A stretch of DNA of 63,868 bases, filler included, from Calcarisporiella thermophila CBS 279.70 (taxonomy: Eukaryota; Fungi; Calcarisporiellomycota), in NCBI RefSeq assembly GCF_041956535.1. It is 5 parts of 5 records of this genome, joined end to end, with 100 filler letters (N's around TTAATTAATTAA, not from the genome) between each part and the next. Parts side by side here need not be neighbours in the genome. Positions count along the whole stretch, not along the records: positions 1 to 27,319 come from NW_027192198.1; positions 27,420 to 49,396 come from NW_027192195.1; 3 more parts are not named here. One strand, 5' to 3'. The number at the start of each line of letters is the position of its first letter. Positions within the stretch are counted from its first letter, which is position 1. Both the position numbers and the translations under genes were made by a program. The notes beneath the pieces are model-generated. The model saw only the letters and a list, made by a program, of their open reading frames with translations. It searched no databases and had not been told where the DNA came from. Shown here in pieces: positions 26,201 to 39,204 of this stretch.

Positions 26201-26727
26201 CTTATGAAAGATTTGTTTTCTGCTCTCAATTCACTCCATTGTCGTGGTGTCATTCATCATGATGTTAAACCTGATAACTTTGGATATAGTAGCGAGCGTA
26301 AATGGTATATAAATTTACTTTTTGTATATAGTCTTATTATTTCTTACTAATCTCGTTTTGTTTATATTAGCTGGGTGTTATTTGATTTTAATCATGCTGA
26401 GGAGATATATGATAAACTGTCACATAGCTCGGCTGGAACTGAAGGTTATATGGCTCCTGAAATCAAAAGACGTGAACCACATGGTTTTTCAGCGGATATG
26501 TATAGCGCCGGTATAATGTTAAAGAATTTGGGACTCCTCTTGAGACTTGGTAGGAAATTCTATATATTCTTTCATGTTTTCCATAGTATTAAGAAATTGT
26601 TTTTATGATAGGCGAATTTGGAGAGCGTATGCTTAGCGAATCACCTAGTGATCGTCCAACGGCCTTCGAGGCTCTTCAGTACATAGAACAGCAACAACTT
26701 CGCCTACCAACACCTGAGGAATACTAA
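23218..26727 (+). pseudogene. Crinkler-like multi-exon gene: REase-like domain plus C-terminal Ser/Thr kinase; 5' exons appear decayed
   Basis: KADL...FLIVEIE...HKD (PD-(D/E)xK-like); kinase motifs HHDVKPDNFG, FDFN, AGTEGYMAPE, DMYSAG, RPTA; no open frame through 23510-23870. Confidence 0.65.
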
Positions 26728-27202
26728 CTAGTTGATGGTAAATTTTCTCGCTCATAAAATGCCTCTGCATCCCACGATATCAGCTATTTGCTTTAATATC
26801 AAATAACATATCCCATGTTTATATATTATATACGGTATATTCCTGTATCTGCCTCATGCCAAATATTAACCTGGTACAACTTTGTATCCAGCAAAAAATA
26901 AAGCATTACATTGATTGCACGCATAAATATTATTCGTTTTATTGGGCATGTCAGTAAATTATATTCTAGAAATTTTTAGCTTATTAACCTAAAAAAAGAC
27001 TGCATACTGTATATACTTCTCTTAGGGTCGGAATTTGAAAATTGACTATAATGAATAACTTTCAAGAAAAATGATTAATTACAAAGGCATATAGATGGTA
27101 TGATCGAGTAAGAGTATTTATAGTTGCTGTACATAACGCAACTTGTTGTACCTCCTTTTGGGGATATAAGACCAAAAGTTGAGGAAAAAGAAAAAATTTT
27201 TA

Positions 27203-27318
27203 CCCTACAAAAAACCCGCCTGGTGAAAACTACTAGAAAACGTATAGGAGCATGTAGAAAAGATGGAGGAGGTTCGCGATTCCCTATAATTTTTCAACAA
27301 TTTCAATATAATTTGTAG
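27203..27318. mobile_element. Left arm of the CCCTACAAAAAA element family, truncated by a gap
   Basis: Near-identical to 18455-18513 and to the reverse complement of 18880-18996. Confidence 0.8.
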
Positions 27319-27513
27319 GNNNNNNNNNNNNNNNNNNNNNNNNNNNNNNNNNNNNNNNNNNNNTTAATTAATTAANNNNNNNNNNNNNNNNNNNNNNNNN
27401 NNNNNNNNNNNNNNNNNNNTAACCCTCCCCCTGATCGGGTTGCCCAAAAAATTCTGCTTTGATTGGAAAAAAAATCTTTATGGCTATTGAATATGACCCC
27501 GATTTTTCAAGAA

Positions 27514-27587
27514 GCTCGTGTAGCTAAGTTGGTTATAGCGTGGCGCTAATAACGCCAAGGTCACAGGTTCGATCCCTGTCACGAGCA
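27514..27587 (+). tRNA. tRNA-Ile(AAT)
   Basis: GCTCGTG/CACGAGC acceptor stem; TGGCG-CTAATAA-CGCCA anticodon arm; GGTTCGATCC; oligo-T follows. Confidence 0.95.
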
Positions 27588-27694
27588 TTTTTGTTGTTTC
27601 ATTTTACGATGTTTTTAGCTGAAATAATTGAATTATCACCTATATTACATTAATATCCTCGAGAAGAATAAATATAAATGGTTATTTTTATTCA

Positions 27695-30012
27695 TCAAAA
27701 AAATAAGCGTAATGGTATATCAGGTGGAATGAACTGTCGACGCATACTGCGAGTTTGGGTTGGTTGTAAGTAATCCCGATGCCAATTGGGTTGGAGCGGT
27801 GTAATTGAAGTGGGGTTGAATGGCATAAAGTGATTCAAGTAGTTGTAATGATCCGCCCAAATTGAATGATGTGAAGTAGGATAGTAGTATTGGGCGGTGG
27901 AATCAAAGTGATTAGGAAATGGCATATTAGTAGAGGGTGATGGTTGAGTTTCTGGAAGTGTATATTCTTCTTGAGGAGGCAAAGAATGCTGAGCAATCGG
28001 AAGGGTATTATGTTCGCTGCTCCACTCATATGTTATCCCAGCACTTTCCTCCAGTTTTTGAGAATCTGCTTCATCTGCTTCCACATCCTCCGTATCGTCA
28101 ATATCTTTCAAAGGTTTCTCGGACTCTGCATTTGGTTCTTCAGTTTCGATACTTGAAGTAATTGTATCAGCTTTATCACTAATCTTTCTTTTTCGATCCA
28201 ATCGCAACTAAAATCAACAAAATTTCGTTTCAAAAATCAGATATTAAACGCACAGGAAACAGTGTGATTTACCAGAGCTTTTTTTCTCTTTTGCTCTAAT
28301 ATCTCATAGGCTTCTCGATCTGCACTTGATGTAAGCTCACGTTCATGGTGGGACAGTGGTATTGCTTTATCTAGACAAAAATATAAAATCAATTGGTAGA
28401 AGTAACCATATGAAAAATATTTACCAGGCAAAGGACCAATTTGCATATGGTGCTTTTCGCGCCAATCCATCAATCTACTTAGTTCCATTTCATTAACAAA
28501 GCTTACTGCCAAACCTTGAGTGCCAAAACGGCCTGTCCGTCCGATACGATGCAGATATGTCTCAGGATCGCGGGGGAGGTCGAGGTTAATCACAAGATTG
28601 ACACGTTCGATATCGATCCCACGAGCAAGCTAGGTTGGAATTAACAAGTACATGCATCTGTTTAGCTTCGAAGAAGAACCGATAAATAAATTTTAGAGCT
28701 TACCAAATCACTGCACACAATGACTCGAAGCTGAAAATTGCGTGCCATTGACATTGCTGCAAGCCGGCTTTTTTGATCCAGATTCCCTGCAATATGAAAT
28801 GAGATCCATCCAAGTTTTGTCAAGAATCTCGTCAGTTCTGTTGCTCTAGTGGTATTATGAAGTTGCAATATTCAACTTAAACATCCTTAGGAATCTTAAT
28901 ATAATAATATACCTTCCGCGATGATTTATAAACACTATGCACTGGTAAAAAGGTATTCGGCTCAGAAGCTTTTCCAGTTCTTGGAACTTTACTTTGTATG
29001 AGTGATATTGCGCGAGCATAGAATCCTTTCGTGGTTGATCCAGAGGGTAATCATCGATGAGTCTGTAATATTGAGAAACACCTAATGAAAAACAAAGTGG
29101 AAATGGTATTGTGCTGAATTGCAAAACAATGCTGTATTTCACTACCTTCCAGAGTCTCTTGGCCTCGACAAAGCATAATATAATGAGGGTTGGGTACATA
29201 TTTCTCTAGCTGAGAAAGAAGGGGCTCATCGTATGTCGCTGAAAATGCCATAACCTGTTTGTCTTTCGGTAAATTCTGCAGGATAACCCTAGAGCAAGCA
29301 AGTCCTATTAATAAGTTATTGCTTGACACAAGTTAATGCTTAACTACTTTATTTGGCTGGAGAACGGTTCCTGCATCAATTTATCGGCTTCGTCCATCAC
29401 AACTAGCCTGATATTTTTTGCCGGCAATGTTTTCGATTTTAACAGACTACCAATACGACCTGATGAAAACTTGGTGAAAAAGTAATCTTTCGGTAAACTC
29501 ATGTCATATACTTACCTGGAGTTCCCACAATTATGTGTGTACCTTGGAGTCGCGCCGGATCTCTTGAAGGTGCTAAACCCCCAATAAATGCTTCGCATCG
29601 CAGATTCGGTATGTATTTTCCGACTGATTTGACCACTTCTTTAATCTGAACCGCGATTTCTCGAGTAGGAGCAAGTATGAGAGCCTACGCGTGCATTAAT
29701 GATGTAATTCAAGAATTTTACTTGCAAACATAGAATTAATTTTACCTGTGGGAGCGCAATAGAATAATCTATTGCTTCCAGTCCGATAATAGCAAAAACA
29801 ATAGTTTTTCCTGTCCCAGATTTTGCCTGCGCAACAACGTTAATACCAAGTCGTCCTAATGGAATGGCCTTAAACTGGATAGGCGAGGGATGCTCATAAC
29901 CTGACTGTACTAAGCCAGATAGAAGTCGGGAATCAGACACCAGCGAGGAAAAGTCAACATCCTCATCGACTTGCACGTCCCTTGTTTTCCGGAAGGAAGA
30001 TATCGCAGCCAT
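27695..30012 (-). CDS. DDX20: DEAD-box RNA helicase DDX20/Gemin3-like, multi-exon
   Basis: N-terminus [17 protein letters not shown]...[13 protein letters not shown]...QAKSGTGKT typical of DDX20; [21 protein letters not shown]; long low-complexity C-terminus. Confidence 0.85.
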
Positions 30013-30364
30013 ACATTTAAAGTAGAAAAATTATTCAAATATTCGATAATATACACTTTATTCGAATAGAGCCAAATTTAAGGTAAGCAAGCCACAAAAA
30101 ATCAAATTAGGCTGATATTATTAGGGTAGGGGAATAGATCAATATCTCATGCTACTAGGCTAAACGCTCCGTTAAGTCATATGCGGCTATTAGACTTGAA
30201 ACAACTCTGCTTCACAGTTCATTTTTGAATGAGCGACATTATGGGTGATATTTTATTAAGTACTATAAAGTGCCTAATAAAAGGTCCAATTTTACAATAA
30301 TAAATGATATCTAGGTTTAATATATTATGTTATCAAGTGTCTATTTTATTGATATCTGCAATAG

Positions 30365-32023
30365 CTATTTCACTCCGTAAAATTTTTGTATTCTTCCATT
30401 GAAAAAGGGCATTAATGGAGTACGTGTATGTACTCCAGCACCTCCAGGAGTAAGCACTCTTATCAGCGCACGATCAAAAACACCAGTTAAAGCCACCCAT
30501 CCAAGGCCTGAAAACACCACGTCTAGAGTAGCCATGTTTTTATGCTTGCCATGAACTTCGAGTGTAGCTGCCTCCGAGAGAGATGGGAATGATTCCTGGC
30601 GATCAGCATCGGGTGGGTTTAATAATGAATAGTCATTGAAATCCATCCTTTTAGTGATGTTAATTGCCTTTTCAGTATGGGTAATATGAGGGTCAAGGGT
30701 TGTAAAGAGCGTGAACAAAACAGGGTTGGTCCCCTCTAGATAATCGATGCGTATCATTCCACCAAGGAAGAGACTTTTTCCTATTGCAATAGAAATAGGT
30801 AAGATACGCAACCACTATGTAAAGGCATTAGTCGCAAGTGTTTTTCCTTCATAGTATTTACCTGGTAGCATACGATAGGTGACCGGCTTGAGTTGTTTGG
30901 TAGGTATGACTCGCTTCAACTCCGTTGGGTTGAGCAAGTGCAGTAGCTGATCTTTATTCACAATACCTGGAGTATCTATCAGGAAGCGTTTCTTTGTCGT
31001 CTGCCCAAACAAATCTCCAAATGTATCAAGGGGAATTTGTATCATTCCCATCGTAGTGCCAGGGAAATAAGACGATGTGACTCGATGATATCGTGGATCG
31101 ATGATAGGGGTTGTTGTGGAACTACGCGCCGAATTTCGCAGAAGCGAATTTATAAGCTCGGATTTTCCAACGTTAGTTGATCCAATCAAGCACAAATCAT
31201 CAGTGGGATTTCTCAACTCGGCTATTGCGCGACATAAACTGCGCACCCCTATGTTCCTTTTAGCACTTACAAGATGGACCCCATCAACACGAGGCAACCC
31301 AACTCGCGCACACTGCTGCTTTAGCCATTCCACAATCCGCTGGTGCTTAGCATCTGGAGGAAGCAAGTCGACTTTATTAGCCACTACTAGTAGTGGATTC
31401 CCTTTTCCTATCAGCTGACGAAGATCTGGGAGAATACTGCCGGGTATATCGAATATATCTACAACTTTAACTACGACAACATTTTGACGAGAACGGAGGA
31501 ACTTGAGGAATGAGCGATCTTCTACAAGAGTTTCTTGCCAATAGGATGTGGTGTTGGTACTGTGATGTGTGAGGTGATGACATCGTTGACATATGATCCG
31601 TCGCTCCTTTTCCACATTTCTTGGTATATTCTCCTCCTTCTCTGATAGGACTACACCGGGGAAATATGTGCGCCGAGTTTCCTCGTCAAGTCGGCTTACC
31701 ATCTCTCTGAATTCTAGATTTGACATTTTCTTTTTTATCGAACTTGATTCATTTTGTTCGACAGTTTTAAACTCAGGTAGATATCCTGGTTTAGAGGGAT
31801 CTACTCGCTGAAATGGATTACCGCAGCCAGGGCATTGTTTTTCCTTTAATGTGTCCACAGCGGTAGAGTAGCGCTTGCATTGTATAAAAATGCCGTAATT
31901 TCTCGGTAAGAAAGAATGCGTGTGGAGTGGTGAAGGTTGAAACTTTGTACTTGTAAAGCTACGATTTATATGACTTATACGCCGAAATGGTTGGGTAAGC
32001 GCTAATAATCTCTGCCATCGCAT
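30365..32023 (-). CDS. NOA1: Mitochondrial circularly permuted GTPase NOA1/GEP3/YqeH family, one intron (~30781-30860)
   Basis: Presequence MRWQRLL; zinc ribbon CPGCG...CQRC; NKVD, SAK, GSTNVGKS, PGTT and DTPG in permuted order. Confidence 0.88.
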
Positions 32024-32509
32024 TTTAACTGTCAAAGTTAAAGCTTCGAAGATAAAAAATAACGGGACTGCTTTTGACTCGTATTTTAACGTCATCTACA
32101 GTAAATCGATATCCGTTCTTTCCTTAGGAACTAGTAAAAGTTGGATGAATGGGAGGTTGCAGCGATAAATAAGAATATCAAGGTAATTATTACGTGTTTT
32201 GATTTAGTGTTCCCCTGTTGCCTTTATTTGATAATTATATTATCAAATATAATGTTTTTCGTTGGAATCCAATTCTTATCAATAACTAATAATAATTATA
32301 TTATCTAATTTTCAACACGGCATCTCCTAGATCCCCTCTTTTAGATTCATTATTTCAATTAGATAAACATAGAAGGGAGAAGCATAGATAGTTGGATTCT
32401 CTATCGTTGATATTTAGGAACACATTCCAGAATCATCTTGCTTACGAATATCTACCCTTATTTCCACCTCACGATTCATAAAGTTACGCAACCAACTATA
32501 CTTTGAAAT

Positions 32510-35500
32510 ATGGTAGTTTCTAATGTCATCTGCCACTCTCACAATGGAAATATTTTATTGATTTTATTTTCATCCTTTTTTAATGCCTAAACTCAGGACG
32601 ATCCAATGGAGATTTCAGCTGATGAAAATGCTCAGATGGCGATAGTGGCAAAACAGGGCCAGAGTGCAGATGAGGAGCCACCTTCCGTGCTTGATAGTAG
32701 GCATTCAGATAATTCCACTAAAATGAACCTGGATTCTCACAATGCCTATCTTTAGATGAGCGATTTGCTAAAAAGAACATGCCCGATCTGGGAATTGAAG
32801 TTGAAGATTTTCAAGTGTATCATTGGGAAATTAAAGACTGGAAATCACTGGATAAGCGAATAACAGGTCCCAATTTCGAAGTTGGAGGATGGAAATGGTA
32901 ATTCCCAACATCGAAATTCATAATCATGAAATATTGTCGTCAACCTATTTATTTTATCCAGGCGGATTCTGCTCTTCCCAGGAGGCAATAATATACCCGA
33001 CCAAATCTCTTGTTACCTGGATTTCGCGGACGCGCAAACCGCGCCTGCTGGATGGCACGTGTGTGGTCAGTTTGCACTTGCTATATCGAACCCACATAAG
33101 CCGAATATCTATGTTTTCCATCGTACGTTCATATCTATTATTGCCGTTTATTGGTTTACCATTTATTGTTTATTCATGATTCTACAGATGCACATCATCG
33201 ATTCACTGCCGAGGAAGCAGATTGGGGCTTCACACGATTTGTTGATTTCAAGAGGGCCTTCGAAGGACAAGAACTTCCTCGGTCACTTATTGAAGATGGC
33301 GAGACGAGAATATCGGCCTACGTTCGCGTGCTCAAAGATAAGACTGGCGTGCTATGGCACAACTTCATTAACTATGACTCGAAAAAAGAAACTGGCTACG
33401 TTGGAATGACGAACCAGGGAGCTACTTGTTATATGAATTCGATGTTACAATCCCTCTATTGCACCAACTATTTCCGTAAGGCCGTTTACCAAATACCAAC
33501 CGAGAATGATGAGCCCGCCAAGAGTATGGCTCTTGCTTTGCAGCGAGTCTTCTACAACTTGCAATTTACCGACCAGGCAGTTGGCACGAATGAGCTTACC
33601 AAATCCTTCGGATGGGACTCCCTGGATGCTTTTATGCAACATGATGTCCAGGAGTTCAACCGAGTATTGCAGGACCACTTGGAAGCGAAAATGAAAAATA
33701 CACCCGCCGACGGAGCCATTGATCGCCTGTTTGTGGGTAAGACAAAGAGCTATATCAAGTGTATCAACGTGGATTATGAATCGTCCAGAATTGAGAACTA
33801 TTACGATATCCAATTGAACGTCAAGGGGTGTAAGACCCTTAGAGACTCTTTCAAGGAGTATATCATGGAAGAAACCCTCGAGGGGGATAACAAATACATG
33901 GCCGAAGGTTTTGGACTGCAGGATGCGAAGAAGGGTGTGAAATTCTTGAGCTTCCCTCCTGTTTTACACCTGCAGTTGAAGCGATATGAATATGATATGA
34001 TGCGCGATACGATGGTGAAAATCAACGACCGGCACGAATTTCCATTTGAGATCGATCTTGAGGAGTTCCTTGCCCCCGAAGCAGACCGCACCAAACCCCA
34101 CAAATACAGACTACACGGAGTTCTCGTGCACAGCGGCGACTTACACGGGGGACATTACTTCGCCCTGCTCAAGCCTGAGAAGGAAGGAAAGTGGCTCAAA
34201 TTCGATGATGATCGTGTAGTTCCGGTGACCGATAAGGAAGTGTTGGAGGATAACTATGGCGGAGAGTCCCTTAATGGCTACCTCCGAACAGGGCTGCGTA
34301 CCCTCAAGCGATTCACCAACGCATATATGTTGGTTTACATCAGGGAGTCTGAGATGGACTGGATTTTGTCCCCCGTCCGAGATGAAGACATCCCGGTACA
34401 TCTGCAGACAAGAATCGAAAAGGAGAAGCTCGCCCTGGAGACTCGCCGGCGAGAACGCGAGGAGATGCACCTCTACCTAACCGCTCGCATCATCTCTGAC
34501 CAAACCATGCAACGCCATCAAGGCTTCGACCTGGCCAACTTCGAGGATAAAACGTTCCCCCTCTCCGAAACCACCGACCTCCGGGTGCTAAAGACGGAAA
34601 CATATCCCGCGTTTAAGCAGCGAGTCGCGGCGGAATTCGGTCTCCCTGTCGAGCGTTTTCGGCTCTGGGTCATGGTCAACAGACAGAACAAAACTATCCG
34701 CCCGGATACTCCAATCCCAGAAAATGACCCCAACCTAAGTACGCCTATGAGCTTGGTTTCATGACATCCTTGATGGCTTAACCTTTGTTGTTTACTGTAG
34801 CAATGGAAACGGTGCGAGATAAAATGGCCTCACGAACCTCCGATTTAAAGCTATATTTAGAGAGCGCTGACCGTCCACTTAGCGAGAAGATGGTCTTCCC
34901 ACCTGAGGGCTCCAACTATATCCTGATATTTATCAAGCACTTTAACTTAGAGACGCAGACCATTGAGTAAGTGAATGATTCATCACCCCCTACAAGAATA
35001 GAGCTCGAATAAGAGCCATCATCTTTTGAATTTTAGAGGATTGGGTCACATGTATGTCCTGAAAAATTCTAAAGTCGGCGAAATCGTCCCACAGCTTAAT
35101 GAACGAGCCGGCCTTCCCCCTCAGACACAGCTCAAACTCTTTGAAGAGATCAAGCCCTCTATGATTGAAGCGATGAACCCACGCGCTTCATTCTCAAGCT
35201 CAGAGATCCAGGATGGCGACATCCTATGCGTGCAGCGAGACGTCTCGCATCAAGAGTGAGTCCATGAGAGTCGTTTAAATCTCCAATATTATACTAAGGA
35301 TTCCTTTTTGTCGGCTGTGATAGAGCCACAGAGCTAGAGAAGAATAACCGTTTTTCGTCTGCAAAGAAATTCTATGACCACCTGGCCAACCGCGTACTAG
35401 TCCAATTCAAGCCAAAAGTAGCCCGCTTCCCCACCACTCAGCAACAGCAGTCGCTTCCAGAATTTGAGCTGATGCTAAGCCACCGGATGCACTATGATTT

Positions 35501-36374
35501 AGTAGCGCAGAAGGTGGCCGAACGGCTTTCCGTCCTTGATCCGATGAAGCTGCGCTTCACCAACGCCAGTCCCCCGCTTAATCTCCCTCGAAATATGGTC
35601 CGTCGGACACAAAACACAAACCTGGTCGAAATGTTGGGCCCCGCCTTTGGAGCAAAGAATAATGTGCTCTACTACGAGGTTCTCGAGATTTCCATCTTGG
35701 AATTGGAGAGCAAGCGGATGGTGAGCGTGGTCTGGACGGGGAAAAATTTGAAGGAAGAGACCACCGTCGATGTCGTGGTTGAAAAGGCAGGCATCATTGC
35801 CGATCTCGTGCGGGAAGTCAAAACGAAGCTGAACAGCGAGGAATTGACCTCGATGGCTGAGGTACGCGTGGTTCACGTGGAGAAATGTCGCGTGAGGCGT
35901 GTGTTCTCTCCTCTCGACCCCATTGCCGATATCCCGGACAACGCGTTGATCTATGTCGAGGAGATACTCCCTGAGGAGCTGGAAGCGATGCAAGACGACA
36001 ACTATAGGTTGATAGAGGTGGTGCATTTCAACAAGGATCCACAACACCTACATGGTCTGCCTTTCCAATTTTTGCTTCGTGCCGGGGAGCCGATCTCGGA
36101 AACCAAGTGCCGGCTGCAGGCCCGACTTGGGATGGGAGACAAAGAGTTTGCAAAGGTTCAAATCGCTGTGCTGAAACAGGACGCGCCGGCCGACTATATA
36201 GAGGAGGAGGAGGAGGAGAAGGAAGAGGGGGCGGCAGCGGCGGATAAGGGAAAGTCAGCCAAAGTGTTGGTTGATATAGGGAATTGGAACGCGGACATTC
36301 TCGGGCTAGACTATCCTGGCCGAGCGAAGCCGCGGAATGGAGGGATGGAAAGGGCGATTTTTATTAAGGGATGA
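32510..36374 (+). CDS. UBP15: Ubiquitin-specific protease USP7/UBP15 (MATH, peptidase C19, UBL domains), multi-exon
   Basis: DWGFTRF (MATH); NQGATCYMNS Cys box; QHDVQE; HGGHYFA His box; C-terminal ERAIFIKG; first coding exon probably ATG only (32510-12). Confidence 0.93.
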
Positions 36375-36825
36375 AGGTGATTTCTATTGTACGTTGGTTT
36401 TCTTCTTTCTTTTTCTTTTTCGTCTCTTTCTTCTAATTTGGGGCTTACGATTGATTTCCTTTTCATTTATTTCTTTTTTTTTTTTTCACTTGGATTTTAT
36501 CTGTTTTATAAAAAATCGGGATGCAATAGATTTTCAAGTCGCCGCCTTGACCAAATAGTTCAGAAGATCGGCGGAGTATGAATACTTATGAATTTTGACG
36601 GTCACAGGTTTTCAGGCCTCCCAATCCAGTGACTGCATTGCTGTCACGACCCTTATCTTGTTCCTTTTTATTCCTTTAACTCTATCGTTTGGCTTTTCTT
36701 TTTTCTCTAGGCGGTTTTCCACTTCCTCAATCTTACCACCACCTGTCCATTTTTCTCTTCTTCATACACAAGCCCTCAATTCCCTTCTTTTTTTTTGTTT
36801 AGCTGCTGAGCGTCTCCTCTTCAGA

Positions 36826-37233
36826 ATGTTTCATTACCTCTCCTCCTGGTTCTCCTCCTCTGCTGCCCCTGCCAAGAACAAGTCCGCGCCCCCATCCCTG
36901 GCCGACGAAGCATGGGTGTTTCTCACCTCGTCGGGCACAGAGGCCGCAGACCCAGCTACCCTGATATCCGCCACTGCCTCTTCACAAGCCGATGCCCAGG
37001 TCAAGACCCCCCCCAATCGCACCATGAAACGGCCCACCCGTCAGGAACGTCGCCTTGAACAACGCCTGCTGCTCAAATCTGCAAAGCGGAATCAGCAGAA
37101 AATGGACCCCGCCCTGCTGGAGTTGCGGGAGGGGGAATTGCGTGCGCGAAAGATGCGTAGACTAATGCAGAAGGGAGCAAGAAGCGCGCAGAAGGAAATA
37201 TGCCGGGTCATGACAAGGAGCGTGGTTGTGTAA
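36826..37233 (+). CDS. Small hypothetical protein (~135 aa) with a W-x-x-L motif and basic C-terminus
   Basis: GC-rich coding-like frame starting MFHYLSSWF, flanked by pyrimidine/T-rich UTR-like DNA. Confidence 0.65.
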   Translation: MFHYLSSWFSSSAAPAKNKSAPPSLADEAWVFLTSSGTEAADPATLISATASSQADAQVKTPPNRTMKRPTRQERRLEQRLLLKSAKRNQQKMDPALLELREGELRARKMRRLMQKGARSAQKEICRVMTRSVVV

Positions 37234-37731
37234 ATATTCCTTTAGATCATTTTGCGATGACCACTATTTTTTGTATGGCAACCCATATTTTCGATCTATG
37301 TTTCATTGCTTTTATTCTGTATAGTTTTGTATTGAATTTTCTAGTCTATTAATTTTTCTTTTTGTGCAGAGGCTATTAGTGGATATGCTATCGTTTATTC
37401 GTTTTTTTTTTCTTTACCCTCATTCGCATTAACCAATATAAATACTTACGCTACTTCCTAATGTCTACATTGCCAATGAGCGGTTGTTCTAATGCCACCC
37501 CGCTTCCACTGTAGCGATCACAACCAGCCTTGACACAAAGAAAAAACTCTATCCTCCAGGAGCGTGACTGTCCTCTCTGAATGATCTAGTCACGAGCGAT
37601 TTCTTAGAAAAAGCTCTCAACAGGAAATTCTTGCTAGGGGACCAAGATAGCTTTCTCCAGCGCTACTTTCTTCTTGTATCCTTTCCTGTGGAAGAACCCA
37701 TCCCCCGATTTTGTTATTTCCATTATTTTTA

Positions 37732-38853
37732 ATGCCGTCTGATCCCGCTGCGTCCTCCTACGAGCAACTTCCGTCGCCCGATGACGCGGCTACCCGGCAA
37801 TTGATCATAAGCTATCTGGCCACACATTGCCACTGTGAGACAGTGCACGCATTCTTTGCAAATGCAGGCGATCTCTCCTCCCCGCTCGCCCCCAGCAATG
37901 GAACCTCTAGCAATGGAAACGGCGATGGTCTTGATGGAGAAGATATAATTATGGAGGAAGAAGGTAATTCTTAGATCTGAATGGTGAAGAACGGAGAAAG
38001 GGGGGGAGTGTGGAGAAAATGACCCATTTCATTTTTCATTCTATTTTGTACCAGATGCGGTAGAGCCAACACATTCACTGAAGAAAAGACGAAGCCGAGT
38101 GATGTTCTTGGACTGTGACATGCTGTACCAGAGCGTGGAAGCAAGAAAAAGTACATTATGATCCACTCCATTTGCCACCTTTGAGCTTCCTAATTCAACC
38201 ATTCTTTCTCGCTCCTTATTGTCAACTAGGAATACGCGATGCCATTATCAACGGGCGAATCGAGGATTCCATCACCTTAATCGAGAGCCACTTTCCGGGA
38301 GCTCTTACCATCGATCCCGCATCACCGTCCCATTCTGCACGCACGGTTGCCACTGCATTTCAGCTTCAATGCCAGCGCTTTATTGAATATGTCCGAGCTC
38401 AGCGGCTGAACGACGCTTTAAACTTCGCGCAGGAAGTGCTCTCTCGCTTCCGAACTCTGGTGTCCGGAGACGAGTCGTACCTTGAACGGCTTTCTGACGT
38501 GTGCGCGCTAATGGCTTACAAAAATCCGGCCGAATCGCCAGTAGCGCATCTGCTGAATCAGGAATGGCGAGAAAAGGTGGCAGACGAAGTGAATCAGGCA
38601 CTCTTGGCGTATTGTGGGTTCCCGACAGAATCCACGCTAGAGCGTGTGGTACGGCAGGCGACGGTCGTGCGGCGGGAGTTGAGCGAATTGGAGGCTAAGG
38701 ACAAGCGTTCGGAAAAGGTAAGCCCTCAGGGGGGCTAAATTCTATTTGATGCTCCTCCGCATTAGCTGCAAGCTTATTTTTTGCTTTCGCTTTTCTCTTC
38801 ACCCATAGTCGCAAACCTATCATTGGCAACTGAATTCGTTTATTTCACCCTAA
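37732..38853 (+). CDS. LisH-CTLH-CRA protein (GID8/TWA1 or RanBP10-like CTLH complex subunit), multi-exon
   Basis: LisH RQLIISYLATHCHCETVHAF; CTLH IRDAIINGRIEDSI...FQLQCQRFIEYVR; CRA LMAYKNPAESPVAHLL...REKVADEVNQALL. Confidence 0.8.
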
Positions 38854-39204
38854 GGAACAATCGCTTATCTGTATTTTTTCTCTTCATCTTTTCTCTTTTA
38901 ATTTCACAGTGTCTGCTGTGCTGATCTCTTTCTTCACAGGCTCTTCTTTTTAATTTTTACTCACCACTTTTTTGTGAATTGTAGAATTTAAGGCATTTTC
39001 CCCTCCCTCATCAATATGCTATACACTTAAAACGGCGAGAGAACCCTTTTTATATTTTTTTTTTCTTACATCCACTTGTGTTCAATACGAAGAATGCCGA
39101 GCTTTTTCTGTTTTTTTTTGCGGTATTAATGAGCATAGAATATACAATTTATTGTATAAAAGGAAATCCGTCTGGTTTTGGTAGGGTGCCAAATTATATA
39201 CAAA

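Noticed and set aside
27320-27419. TTAATTAATTAA palindrome within N runs (also at 49441, 55325 and 62170)
   Set aside because: Identical linker inside 100-bp gaps; a scaffolding artefact with stops in all frames.
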